A stretch of 64,000 nt of DNA from assembly GCF_000143415.4 (NCBI RefSeq), contig NW_003314400.1, positions 268,064 to 332,063 on the forward strand, given 5' to 3'. Positions 36,912 through 48,506 of the stretch are shown piece after piece. Source of the DNA: Selaginella moellendorffii (lineage: Eukaryota > Plantae > Lycopodiophyta). The notes below the pieces were generated by a model. It searched no databases and had not been told where the DNA came from. It was given only the letters and a program-made list of their open reading frames with translations. How positions within the stretch are numbered: position 1 is the stretch's first letter; the number at the start of each line of letters is the position of its first letter. Made by a program: the position numbers and the translations under genes.

Positions 36912-38846
36912 CTAATTCAGTTTCGAAATGTTGTATAGCAGTACATAGGCCGCAGAATTTCGGGGTTCTGCATCCAACAGCTGCTTTGCTGCTAGAGCAC
37001 CATATTCCTTGTCAGTGTGGACCTCACAAGCACCAAGTAGGCTCCTCCAGGCTGAAGCATCAGGTTGAACCGGCATGGCAGACATGAAGCTTGCAGCTTG
37101 CTTCACCCGGCCGGACTTGGCGAGCAAGTTGACCATGCATCCGTAGTGCTCGGGAGTTGGCTCTAGATGGTGGTCTCCCTGCATGGAGAGAAAGTAGCTC
37201 CATCCTTCGTCGGCCAGTCCGGCATGAGAGCAGGCATGAAGAACAGAAGTGAACGTAACAATATTCGGCAGCACTCCGTCCTGATTCATCGTCCAGAACA
37301 GGTTGCGAGCTCTGTCTTCTTCGCCGTTCCGTGCATAAGCCGCAACAATTGAAGACCAGGAAACAACGTTTTTGCTTGCGACACTCTCGAAAGCAGTTTG
37401 AGCGGCCTCCAAGTTTCCACAGCCTCCATACAGACATATAAGAGAGTTTTTTACGACATCCGAGCAGCATCCAGTGGCAAGACTGCGAGAGTGGACTTCT
37501 CGGCCCGTGGTAAAGTCACCAAGATTGGCACAGACAGCAAGAACAGTACCGTAAGTAACGTCGCTTGCTTTTATCCCTTCTTGATTCATTCTGTGGTATA
37601 TTTGCAGGGCCTCGAGATTGAGATCCTCCTGTGCGTTGGCTACTATCATGGTGTTCCAGGTGATCACGTTGGTAGTGCGGTTTGTTGCCTCGATAAACAC
37701 TCTCGTCGCGTTTTCGAGGCTTCCACACTTGGCATACATGTTGATGAGCGCGTTGACGACGGACGTGTGGGACAGGTATCCTCTAGCAGCAGCTTCTCTG
37801 TGGAGTGACGATCCCCTTTCCATTTTGCAGGTGCTCGAACAAGAGTCCAGGAGAGTGATGAGCGTGACATCGTTCGGCGGCATTTGATTCTCCACCATCT
37901 CCAGGTACAATGCAAACGCTTTCTCCTCGCAATGGTTCTGTGCATACGCTCCGATCATTGCATTCCAGCAAACAATGTCTTTGTCCAGTATCCGATCAAA
38001 CACCTGCCTTGCGTCTTCTACAGCCTCGCATTTTCCATAAAAGCTCACCACTGCAGTTCCCACAAACACATCCGTCTCTACTCCACTTGCAACTATCCTC
38101 TCGTGAATTGCCTTTCCTTCTACCAGTGCTCTCAGGCTCGCACAAGCCTCCAGGACGCTAATGAGCGTCACTGCATCGGGCCTGGAAAACTCTTGTTCCA
38201 TTCTTCTGTATAACTGAAGAGCTTCTAGAGGATACCCTGCGTGGGCATACGCAGAGATAATTATTGTCCATGACACAACATCTCTGAAAACCATTCTCTC
38301 GAAAACCAGCCTTGCTTCGTCCAGACTCTCACAAGTCGTATACATGTTTAGAAGTGCATTGCTTGTTATTATGTCACTCTCTAGTCCTTTAGTTCTAATT
38401 CTCTCGTGAATTGTTTTCCCCAGACTCAAGTCCCCAGTCACGGAGCAGGCACCGAGAAGGCTGATGAAGGTGATCTTGTTGGCCTCAGTGCCTTCAAGAT
38501 CCATGGACTTCAGAAGCTCCAGGCCTTCGCTCGCCTCACCATTCTGGACAAGAAGCGAGATGAGTATCGTCCAGGAGAACACGTTCCGCTGGTGGATCCC
38601 TTGAAAAGCAGCTCGAGCGTCGTCCAGGCTTCCACACCTTCCATACATTTGCACCAAGAGATTTCCCAGGTACGTATCCCCGTCGAGACCATTAGAGATC
38701 ATCTGCGAGTGAACCTGTCTGCCATCCGTGAGTGACTTGGAGTTTCCATACTGCTTGAGAAGAGCTTCGTATGTGTCTATCATCTCCTTCCTCCTCCATC
38801 TGGAATCTGCCGTGAGAGTTAGAGTTCCCGGAGTTACTGCATTCAT
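36912..38846 (-). CDS. PLS-class PPR protein with E domain, no DYW
   Basis: P-L-S triplets; ends EHYGCMVNLLAKSG...WRSLLGACEVH...AYVLLYNI. Confidence 0.92.
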   Translation of the reverse strand: MNAVTPGTLTLTADSRWRRKEMIDTYEALLKQYGNSKSLTDGRQVHSQMISNGLDGDTYLGNLLVQMYGRCGSLDDARAAFQGIHQRNVFSWTILISLLVQNGEASEGLELLKSMDLEGTEANKITFISLLGACSVTGDLSLGKTIHERIRTKGLESDIITSNALLNMYTTCESLDEARLVFERMVFRDVVSWTIIISAYAHAGYPLEALQLYRRMEQEFSRPDAVTLISVLEACASLRALVEGKAIHERIVASGVETDVFVGTAVVSFYGKCEAVEDARQVFDRILDKDIVCWNAMIGAYAQNHCEEKAFALYLEMVENQMPPNDVTLITLLDSCSSTCKMERGSSLHREAAARGYLSHTSVVNALINMYAKCGSLENATRVFIEATNRTTNVITWNTMIVANAQEDLNLEALQIYHRMNQEGIKASDVTYGTVLAVCANLGDFTTGREVHSRSLATGCCSDVVKNSLICLYGGCGNLEAAQTAFESVASKNVVSWSSIVAAYARNGEEDRARNLFWTMNQDGVLPNIVTFTSVLHACSHAGLADEGWSYFLSMQGDHHLEPTPEHYGCMVNLLAKSGRVKQAASFMSAMPVQPDASAWRSLLGACEVHTDKEYGALAAKQLLDAEPRNSAAYVLLYNISKLN

Positions 38847-39119
38847 TCTTAACTTCTAAGCCCGGCCTGGAGTTTTCTCCCCGCTATTCGTATATTCCGT
38901 CGAAGAACATTTCCAGGCCTGGAGTTGGAATGCCCCTTTCTTGATGCATGCACGTTTGTTTTGTGAGCAAGCTTTGTCCAATTGCATTGCCCACTATAAA
39001 CCAAAAAAGCCTGTCAGCCTGTCGACTCATAATTGTCGTTTTTACCTTTTATTTTTCTCTTTTGTAGGGAGTGAAGCTGAGAAGCCCAAACAGTGAATCA
39101 CACTCTATCAATCTCAAGG

Positions 39120-40007
39120 ATGAAGTTCGTCGTTGCTCTGTTCGCCGCTCTGCATTTCCTATCTACAGCTCGGGGCCAGAGCTTGCACCATGAGGAGCTC
39201 GTTTCTGCGAGAGATCCGTCGACGACCACTCTCAGTCGCTACTGTTCGAGCTTCCAGTTCAATGCCGAGGTGAACAACTTTGTTAATGGCTGGCTTGTCC
39301 CTGGGGAGTGCGTGAGTCGCATCAAGAGATACATTGAGAAGGGACAGTATGCTGCTGACGTTGAGGCCGTGATCAACCAAGCTCGAATTTATGTCAAGAA
39401 TCTCACGGTCACCAACGAGGCTAAGAAGGCTTGGGTGCTAGACATCGACGAGACTTCCCTGTCGAATGTTCCTTACTATCGGACTCACAGCTATGGGTAA
39501 GCATTGCAAGAGTTAGTTCCTTGGACTCATTGTTTTCGATGCAGTGCTACGAAATTCAATGCCACGGAATTTAACGCTTGGGTGGATCAAGCTAGCGCTG
39601 CAGCGCTCGCTCCGACACTGTCTCTCGTCAAGGAGCTCGTGAGCTTGCGCTGGAATGTCATCTTTATCACTGGAAGGCCCGAGTCTCAGCGTCAAGTCAC
39701 GGTCAAGAACTTAAAGGCCGCGGGATACAAAGGCTGGACAAAACTCCTCCTCAAGTAAGCAAAGCAAAGAAAAGCAGAGTTTTCCATCTCCATTTCCTGG
39801 AGCTGAGCAATTTGTTGTTGCAGGAGTGCTGCTCAAACCAATGCTCGGATGACCGCAATGGCTTACAAGAGCAGCTTGAGGGAGGGACTTGTGAAAGATG
39901 GGTATGAGATTTGGGGGAACATTGGTGACCAGTGGAGTGACATTTCTGGATCTGCTGCTGGTAGCAAAGTTTTCAAGCTTCCCAATCCTCTTTACTTCAT
40001 CCCGTGA
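39120..40007 (+). CDS. HAD class IIIB acid phosphatase (vegetative-storage-protein-like), 3 exons
   Basis: Signal peptide, WVLDIDETSLSN, FITGR, GNIGDQWSD, FKLPNPLY. Confidence 0.92.
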
Positions 40008-40229
40008 CCAATAGCAGTAGCAGTGGCGGAGACATCCGTTGACATCAAATTAAAAACTTTAGATCTTGTCTTGATTTATACGGTGCTGATGTGTTTAATA
40101 CGGTTGACATTATGAAGAAACGTTTATATTTAGTTAAGAAAAGCTGATGAATTGAAGCTTGTCACTCCCTAGCTCGCTGTTGTCACATTTTTAATCTTTG
40201 ATCTTGCGCCAGGAGCTTGGATCCTACAC

Positions 40230-40720
40230 AGCTCCTCCATGCGGCCAGGGGTTCCTCCTCTCTCACTCTTGCCATTGTTCTAGTTTCCAGTTCATTAGAC
40301 AACTTTGCCAATGGCTGGCTCGTTCCTCGCGAGTCTGTCGGTCGGATCAAGCGATACGGTACAATGCTGATACCAAGCAAGCTCGAGCCTACACGAGGAG
40401 TCTCACTGTTACGAACGAAACTGCGAAGGCGTGGACGTTTGATATTGACGAGACGGCCTTGTCGAATGTTATCGAGCTCAGAGGTAAGAACTTAATTGAA
40501 AAAAATTGTTTTTGTTGTCTAGAGCTTGGAAACTATGCTCCAGTGCTGCGAAGTTTAATGTCACTGCGTTCATTGCTTGGATCCAAGAGGGTCGCGCTAC
40601 AGCAATCTCTCCAACTTTATCCGTCTTCAACTGGAATCTCATCTTTATCACTGAAAGGATTGAATCCCAGCGTGATATCACAGTGAAGAAGAACAGCAAA
40701 TACAAGAGCTGCCTCGGTGA
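40230..40720 (+). pseudogene. Acid phosphatase tandem pseudogene
   Basis: NFANGWLVPRE, TVTNETAKAWTFDIDETALSN and AKFNVTAFIAW in shifting frames; no signal peptide or last exon. Confidence 0.85.
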
Positions 40721-40999
40721 CTCTTGAATCGTGAAGAAAAATAAAAGCTATAAACTCTTTCTTTAATGTTAGAGAAAGTCATATTATTTTCAAGGTGTAT
40801 AATCCTTTTGTATGAAAGAAGTTCTATTTTTCAACCCCCATGTGCCTCCTGAGAAATACTACTGCAACAAAATCTGTTCCATACTTATGAGGAAATTAAA
40901 ACGCTAAGGGTTTTACCACATCAAGCATACCATAAGTTTTAAGCGCTTCACAAATTAGACTATAGTATCCACCACCAGGATAGAACCTATCAAAATTAA

Positions 41000-42340
41000 A
41001 AACATAAGCATATAGTATACATTACAAACCTCTTACGATGCTCTTCCCTGGTGACTGCCTCAGTTCCTCTCCTCATTAATTCAAAGAACCATTTAAACTC
41101 TTCCAGGTAATCCATAAAACCCCTGATCCCAGAGTGAGGTCCCACATCAGGTGAAAACCGGGTGATCTGAAGAACAAACATCAAAGTCAACAAAGAAACG
41201 AACAAGAGACTTTTGCAACAAAACTCAAACCTGTAAAACTCCTTCTGCAAATGGTGCTCGTATGGAACACTTCCACAGAAGATGGATTGACCGTTTGCAA
41301 CACTCTCCCCTTGATTCCCCCTTTGTAAAGGCGCCTGAAATAAAACATCCTATGCACATCTGAAGGTATACTCTGCTCATCCATATTAAGCTGTCCAGCA
41401 AGTTGGGTAGCCTCTCGACTCTCTTGTATCAGTGCCGAATCTGCCACCTGCTATTCAACGAGTGAGAAATTACAAGTGTATGGCTAGAGTGCATGCCTCA
41501 TAATGCATGTTTGCCCTGTATATTCAAAGTGAAACTCAGAACCAAGGTTACGACGCTATGCTAAAACGTGGTCTCCAATGTCAATGATACCGTCCGAAAG
41601 CCAATCCAAAAGCGAGGCCATAAAGCCGGAATACCCACTCTCGAATGTCATTGCTAGGATCCTGAAAATTGTGGAACTTTTCCACAGCTCATTTGACTCC
41701 TCTTCAGTGATTGCACCGCAATGAGGGCCTGCATGCCACACATCACCACCTGTATTAAAGAATACCTCAACAGTATCTGATTTGCATCGCACCACGTTAT
41801 TCTCTTAAACTGTGGTAGTTCTTCTACTCCAAATGCAGACACCAAAATGATAAGAATGTTAGGAACTATGCCTCCTCGACCTTCCTGGAAAGGTTTCAAT
41901 GCTCTCCACAGGGTCAAATTGTGATTGAATCCAGCTTGGGCTTCGTCAACGAGAAGAAACCTCAGCGGTTCGTCAGGGACAAAGAAATTCCGCAAAACCT
42001 CCTCTGCACCTTCAAAGTCAATACAAATCTAAGGACATATGCCACGGTCATCATCATAGATAGATACGAACAGCTCGTTGAAGGTAGAAGCGTTGGTGGT
42101 GGCAAGATTGACATAATAAATTTGTTTCCAAATGCCACTAGCTCTTGCCTGCGACTCCGTCAGCTGCAACAATGACGTCTTCCCACTCTGAAGAGGAGCG
42201 CGAATCAGTACAGACGCTGCTGACTGAACGAGTTCCAGTAGCTTAGTTATGGTAGAGGTTCTTTGTGCATGCCAGCGGTAGACTCTGTCCTCATTCCGCA
42301 CCCCGACACTGGCAAAAGTTTGAATAACAGGCTTCTCCAC
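41000..42340 (-). pseudogene. Crinkler (CR)-like P-loop NTPase + restriction-endonuclease-like domain gene, disrupted
   Basis: Walker A VLIRAPLQSGKTSLLQL, Walker B FLLVDEAQ, then YEHHLQKEFYR, FSPDVG, GFMDY, KWFFELMR and EHRKRF. In-frame TAG at 42029-42031 and at least two frameshifts. Confidence 0.7.
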
Positions 42341-42864
42341 TACAGCAAAACATGAGAGTAACAGAGCGTCAAGTAACACGTACAAGATCACCACGCACAA
42401 GATAGAAGACATCCCCCACAAATAACACCAAAAAATGCAACCAGTATCAGGCTATGCCAGCAACCCACTAATGAGCAACCAGAGATCTGTAAGCCAGCAA
42501 GCAGCAACAACTGACTAAAGGCGTGTCAGTCAAATGACAAGAGACGCTACAGGATTAGCTAAATCATAGGAAAGAGTAGCTTACTCTGACGCTTCATCCT
42601 CCTTACTCCTCTTCTTTCCTATGCAGGCATTCCTTGTCCATTCAGTATTGAAGATGAGAACCTCCTAATGCCAGTCTTTTCTCCACTTCCTCGTCAATCT
42701 CCTGTTCTATGGTCTTGACCTGTGCAGAAACTCCTCCTGGATCTATGGGCTCAAAACCACTAAAAGGTTGACGGGTTTATGTAGATGAGAAATGAGCCTT
42801 TTGTTCAAGTGTCATCGTTAATCAAAGTTTTATATATTTCAGATTTTTGAAAAAGAAAAAGAGT

Positions 42865-45261
42865 TTAGCCATTCTGGATGATCCTGGATGCAGCACGCAA
42901 GCTCTCCAGAGCAACCGCATCAGCCTCATAAGGCATGCAGTCTTTCAGCTCCACCGCATCGGCCACTCGCCCAGCTCTTCCCAAAACGTCGATCAAACAC
43001 ACGTAGTGCTCTCTCGCCGGCACCATCCCAAAATCGCACACCATGGAGCTCAAGCACTCGCAGGCTGCTGCTAGCTGACCGCTCTGGCTGCACGAGTAAA
43101 GAATGGTGATGAAAGTTATGTCGTCTGGAACAAATCCTTCTACCTGCATTTGCCGAGAGAGGAAGATGGCATCCCGGAAGAGCCCCTGCTTCGCGTAAGC
43201 CGAGACGATGGCGTTCCAGGACACGGCATCCTTGCAGGGAATCGATGAAAACACCCGGCTTGCATCGGCCACCCGGCTACACTTCGCGTAGAGGCTGGCC
43301 GCCGCGTTTAAGACCGTCGTGTTTTGAGTGTAGGGACCGGCGAGGACGAGAGCATGGATCCGCCTGCCTTGCTCGTGTGCTCCCACGGTCGCGCAGGCAC
43401 GCAGGACGCTTGTGAGAGTGGTGGCGTTCGGCTTTACACCTTCCAAATTCATGAGCTCGAAGGTCTTGATGGCTTCCCAGTGCTGACCATATGCCGCGAT
43501 GAAGGCGCTCCAGGAGATCACGCTGGGCCTCGAGATCCTGAGGAAAACTTCCCTGGCCTCATCCGGGTGTCCTGCTTTGCCATAAGCGGTCATGACGGCA
43601 TTGGCTGCGACCATTCTCTGCTCTAACCCGGAGGCGAGGATCCGCGAATGCACGTCCCTGACTTGAGTGGCACTGTCGCAAAAGCCGAGGACGCTGGCGA
43701 AGACGTTCTCGTCGGCTTCCATGCCTTCGAGGTCCAAGTGGTGATAGAGCTCGGTAGCTTCTCGCTTCAAGCCGTGCTGTACGTATGCTGCAATCACGGA
43801 AGCCCAGGAAGAGGTCTTCATATCCTGCCGCTGGTCATTGAAAACTTTCACGGCATCCTCAAGGCCACCGGACTTGCTGTACATGTTGACGAGAGCGTTG
43901 TTGACTGCAGAGTCGGATTCCATTCCACCGAGACGAACGTAACCATGGATTGAGGCTCCGACTGCGAGAGCTTCACGGCCACGGCATCCGTCCAAAAGTC
44001 CCGCGAAAGTGACAGACTGAGGTCGCACGCCTTCTAGCATCATCTCTCGACAGAGATAGATCCCCCCTGCGAGGTCTTCACACTGAGCATGCCCGGCAAC
44101 CATGGCAGTCCAAGTGATCACGTTTCGTCTGTAGCGCATGCGGTCAAACACGTCCCGTGCATCGCCAAGACTGCTGCATTTTCCATACATGCTAATCAGT
44201 GAGTTTTCCATTCGAAGAGAGAAATCCAAACCAGAGCCGAGTGCAAGCCTGTGAACGTGCTTACCAGTTTCAAGAACTTCCAGGCTTGAACAGGTGTCTA
44301 GAACCGTGAGAAAGGTGATCTCGTTCGATCTCAGGCCTTCCTGGTGCATTTTACTCCACGTCGCGAACGCACACTCGAGCTTTCCATGCCGTGTATACGC
44401 GGCAATGACCGTCGTCCAGGTACAAACGTCGGGCCGAAAGCTCCACTCGAAGACTGCTGTTGCATCGTCGAGACTGCCACAGTCGCTGTACATGCTGATA
44501 AGACCATTGCAAACAATCTGGTCAGAGACAAAACTGGTACCAAGAAAATGTTCGTGCAGCATTCTACCAAACTTTAGATCCCCTGATGCAAAGCAAGCAT
44601 TTAAGAGGCTGGCAAACGTCACCTCATCGGGTTTCGTCCCTTCTAGACGTGAGTATGCGTAGAGCTGAATTGCTTGCTTACCACACTCATGCTGTGCGTA
44701 GACAGTGATCATCGCGTTCCAAGAGATTAGATCCCGCTCAGGCATTCGATCAAACGCGTTCCTTGCCTCCTCGACGCTCCCACACTTCCCATACATATAA
44801 ACCAAGGAGTTACTCAGCAAAACGCTGGCGCCAAGACCACTGGAAAGAATTCGAGCATGGATTTGCTTACCTTGGAGAGAATCTCCCAACGCAGCGCAAG
44901 CGCTCACGGCGTTGAGAAGCGTGATCTCATCGCCCGGCACACCTTCCAGATCCATTGCTCGAAACACCCACAGCGCCTCTTTCCAGAGATCCCACTGCAT
45001 GTAAACAGACATTAGAATGGTCCAAGAGAAACGATTCTTCTCACGTATCGCGTCAAAGGCAGCCAGTGCCCTCTCCACACACCCGGATCTTCCATACGCC
45101 TGGACGAGCAAATTCCCGAGGAGAGTTTCCCTGTCATGGCCAGTCGAAGCCATTAATCCATGAATGCGAGCGACAGTCGCGGAAGATCCGGCAAATGCTG
45201 GCTTTCGAGCACACTGCCAAAGAATCGTTTCGTACCTTGCTGCTGGTGGATCCCCATTCAT
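42865..45261 (-). CDS. PLS-class PPR protein with truncated E domain, no DYW
   Basis: 798-aa ORF of P-L-S triplets ending EHYVCLIDVLGRAG...MPYEAD. Confidence 0.92.
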   Translation of the reverse strand: MNGDPPAARYETILWQCARKPAFAGSSATVARIHGLMASTGHDRETLLGNLLVQAYGRSGCVERALAAFDAIREKNRFSWTILMSVYMQWDLWKEALWVFRAMDLEGVPGDEITLLNAVSACAALGDSLQGKQIHARILSSGLGASVLLSNSLVYMYGKCGSVEEARNAFDRMPERDLISWNAMITVYAQHECGKQAIQLYAYSRLEGTKPDEVTFASLLNACFASGDLKFGRMLHEHFLGTSFVSDQIVCNGLISMYSDCGSLDDATAVFEWSFRPDVCTWTTVIAAYTRHGKLECAFATWSKMHQEGLRSNEITFLTVLDTCSSLEVLETGKHVHRLALGSGLDFSLRMENSLISMYGKCSSLGDARDVFDRMRYRRNVITWTAMVAGHAQCEDLAGGIYLCREMMLEGVRPQSVTFAGLLDGCRGREALAVGASIHGYVRLGGMESDSAVNNALVNMYSKSGGLEDAVKVFNDQRQDMKTSSWASVIAAYVQHGLKREATELYHHLDLEGMEADENVFASVLGFCDSATQVRDVHSRILASGLEQRMVAANAVMTAYGKAGHPDEAREVFLRISRPSVISWSAFIAAYGQHWEAIKTFELMNLEGVKPNATTLTSVLRACATVGAHEQGRRIHALVLAGPYTQNTTVLNAAASLYAKCSRVADASRVFSSIPCKDAVSWNAIVSAYAKQGLFRDAIFLSRQMQVEGFVPDDITFITILYSCSQSGQLAAACECLSSMVCDFGMVPAREHYVCLIDVLGRAGRVADAVELKDCMPYEADAVALESLRAASRIIQNG

Positions 45262-45532
45262 CCCAAGAACACGATATTTCGCTCCTGGAAGGGAGATTTC
45301 ACCGCATCGATCTGTAACCCTCGAATCTATGCCGCAGAAGCCTGCCTGATCGATCCAATCTCGCTATAGTCGCGAATGCGGGCAGAAGCCCTAGCCTAAT
45401 CGCCAGAAAAACCGCTAGAAAATTCCAGCCGCTAGGAAGCGATGAATGCGCCAAGCCCCTTGCCAAGAACCCTAGAATGGAAGAATGTAGTGTGTGAGTA
45501 TATTTTAGTGTGAGATGGAGATCATACAAGGA

Positions 45533-46186
45533 TCAATGCTGCTTGGCGCTGTGGCCCTGTGATTTGCTCCTCGTGTTCTTCGCCCGAGCTTCTGGATTGA
45601 TCACCACTCCCAGCGAGTAGCTGGGCATGCAAGAAGAGCTCATCACGAGCTTCTCCTCGGTGAATTTCACCCTGCTCCTGCCACTCCTGAGCCCTGGATC
45701 GCGATTCCTGACGCTCGCCCCTTCCACATTCGCTCCATCATCGCGGAAATCTGGCGATGATTCCTCTCGCGGCATGGATGTCTCGCCCTGATCGAAGCTA
45801 ACCCTTCTCTCGCTGCCAAGCATGGAATTGGAGCTCCTCCACTGGTGATCCGGCTGGCACGACGCCCCGAAAGACTGCTGCGCGAGAGATCGGAGCGTAG
45901 ATGTGGCCTCCTCCTCCTCCGGATCGCTGCCGTGCTGCTGCCGCGCGCTCTCGAAATCCGCGAAGGCGGGATTGACCGTGGCGAAGGAGTATTTCTTGAG
46001 GAAGGACATGGACATCGCCGAGGGATTGGCAGCGGTGGAATTGGAGCCCGATTTGCTGCTGGATTTCCTGGCGCTCCCACCGCTGCCACTGTCGCTCCTC
46101 CTCGCCTCGCCCGCCGCCCATTGCTCGGGCGTGCTGCTGTGAGAGATCGAATTCCTGGGAGGAGGCCGCGACATGCAAGCTCCCAT
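45533..46186 (-). CDS. Hypothetical Ser-rich protein with MGAC acylation-type N-terminus
   Basis: GC-rich open frame starting MGACMSR; no recognisable domain. Confidence 0.55.
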   Translation of the reverse strand: MGACMSRPPPRNSISHSSTPEQWAAGEARRSDSGSGGSARKSSSKSGSNSTAANPSAMSMSFLKKYSFATVNPAFADFESARQQHGSDPEEEEATSTLRSLAQQSFGASCQPDHQWRSSNSMLGSERRVSFDQGETSMPREESSPDFRDDGANVEGASVRNRDPGLRSGRSRVKFTEEKLVMSSSCMPSYSLGVVINPEARAKNTRSKSQGHSAKQH

Positions 46187-46588
46187 CGAAATCTCGCCCA
46201 GATTTCGCGACCGCGGAGCCGGATCGAGCGAGCTAGGTGTGGATCGATCGTCGGTCGATCGACCGCGCACCGACGATCCTTTTCTTTCCTACAGTGCTAT
46301 AATATTCGCTTTTCCCACACGCGCACGCACTCCGCTCTCCTAGCTAACATTCCTCTCGAGCATGGGATTGGTTTAGCGTTAAAACGAGGATTTCCTTAAT
46401 TAAGATTTATTTATCCGCAGCCGTTGGATGTATCCAACGGCCCACAAAAACCCCTTAAACGTAATCCGGGGAGAGACACAAACCCTTTTGCTGTGACTGA
46501 CTGATTAGCTAGGGCGAAGCGAGGCGAGCGTTGCGCGCGAGGCGCTCTAGCATTCGATCGATCGAGCGGGAGCGCATCGCTCTCTGGG

Positions 46589-47914
46589 ATGACACAGGTA
46601 CGCTGCGCGATCGCGCCTTAGGGTTGTGGAATTGATTCTATCGCCTCGTCTGCCTTGTTCCAGTCGGATAATCGAGCTGCGTCTGGAACGAAGCGAGCGC
46701 GCTCGGAAGGTAAGGCCGGCGCGTTGGCATTCTTCCGAGAAATCTTCTTTTCTCACTGGAAATTCTCTTGTCTAGGACCTCGCGGCGATGGCGATTGGAC
46801 GTGCCCCTTGTGTGGCAATGTCAATTTCGCGTTTAGAGCTACTTGCAACATGAGAAAATGTGGAGCGAGCAAGCCAGCTGATATCACTCGGGTGGGAGGA
46901 GGGCCGATTGGACCGCTACCGTATGACCAATCGCCGGCGCTCTTCATGGCCGGGCCTGGAGTTCCTCCTCCAATTCAAGTGGGGATCAATGGAGGATACA
47001 CGCAGGTGCCGATGCCTCCTCCCGTATCAACGATTCCATACGACTATGGTGGTGGAATGAATCTACAAACGACTTATAACCCGATTCCACTACCCGGTGC
47101 TTATAATCCCGCGCTAGGTGAGAACAATCGTTGGTTTTGGTGATTCTTAGCTCTCCTTTTTTTTACAGTTCATGCGGTACATCATCATGAAGGTGTGCAC
47201 TTAGGATCTGGCTTTGGAGCTCCGGTCGTGGACGGCTATGGAATGGGCATGACTATGGTTCCTCCACCTGTAAGTGTTTCGCGTCTTTTGGAGATTCCGG
47301 AGGAAGTAAAGCTTTTCGTCTTTAGTTTTCGGTGATGCAGATTCCAGGGCCTCGGCCGGGTGTACAAATCGAAGAGAATGGCTCACGGAAGCGTAGAGGC
47401 GGTACGCAGAAAGCCTGTCCTTCGTACAACCTCTCAATCTTTTTTTTTGTTTGTTGCAGGGCCGGAAGGCTCGGAGGGCGATTGGATATGTCCGAAGTGT
47501 GGCAACTCAAACTTCGCATTCAGGACCTTCTGCAACATGCGCAAATGCGGCACTCCCAAACCCGCGGAACCGGTTTGTCATTCATTCGTTTCTTCTGCTG
47601 GTTGTCACCACAGCCTAGTGTCTCTTTCGTTTTCTCGTCTGTGTGGCTCAGGTCCCTCGCATTGCACCTCAAAAGGCTAACTCACGTAAGCTCTCTCTTT
47701 CGATATCTCTCGCGTGGATTGGATGGATACCAACACAAAAACTGGTTTGTTTCGTGTTGCAGAAGGTCCAACCCCGGAAGGAAGTTGGACGTGCGATGCT
47801 TGTGGTAATGTAAATTATCCCTTCCGAACGAAATGTAATCGCAGGAACTGTGGCGTTGACAAACCCGCTGATGCAAAGCTTACAACGAAAACGTCTCCTC
47901 CTCCATCGGACTAA
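46589..47914 (+). CDS. RanBP2-type zinc finger protein (three fingers), multi-exon
   Basis: GDWTCPLCGNVNFAFRATCNMRKC, GDWICPKCGNSNFAFRTFCNMRKC, GSWTCDACGNVNYPFRTKCNRRNC. Confidence 0.9.
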
Positions 47915-47997
47915 GGTATGGCCTTTCCTCCCGCCCTCTTCTCAGTTTTTCTCCATTCTCTTTCCTCTTTTCCCTTCTTGAGCTCTTGACACCGTCA

Positions 47998-48380
47998 CAG
48001 CTCTTGCGAGCTGGTATGCCGACCATCAGAGACAGTGCTGACTTGGTTCGTTTACCGCTTGGGGCTTCCCGTGTTGTGCTGCGAGCAATTCCATTCGATC
48101 TGATTGATGGGTTTTTCGTGTCTCTGCCCCTGTTTCAGTACTGTCGTCGAGCTTGTGGAGGTCCGAAAAAAAAAAAAACCAAAAGATGAAAAAGAAAAAC
48201 ACTGTCAACGTTTTTCCGCCTGGTCCGTCGTTGGTGTCTCTTCTCAAGTCTCAGTTTTCTGATCAGGCCTCTCGTCTCCGTCGTCGTCATGGTCGCGTAT
48301 ATATACATTATGTACAGACGGCGAATGTACGTTTTTTTCTTGGTATACATATGGTCGAGAGGGTGAGGAGAGATTTTTTT
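47998..48380 (+). repeat. Non-coding segment duplicated at about 59334-59690 and, more diverged, at about 61390-61640
   Basis: agctcttgcgagctggtatgcc.accatcagagacagtgctgacttggttcg and the downstream sequence are nearly identical at 59334-59690. Confidence 0.9.
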
Positions 48381-48506
48381 TGGGGCCTTTTACAATCGCC
48401 TTTTACAATCGCCCTTTTTGGGGCGATTGTAAGATTATAGTTTAAGAGATTGGTATATTCTTTCAATAGGGTTTAAGCTATTGTTCGCGCATAGTGCTTC
48501 TTCGAA

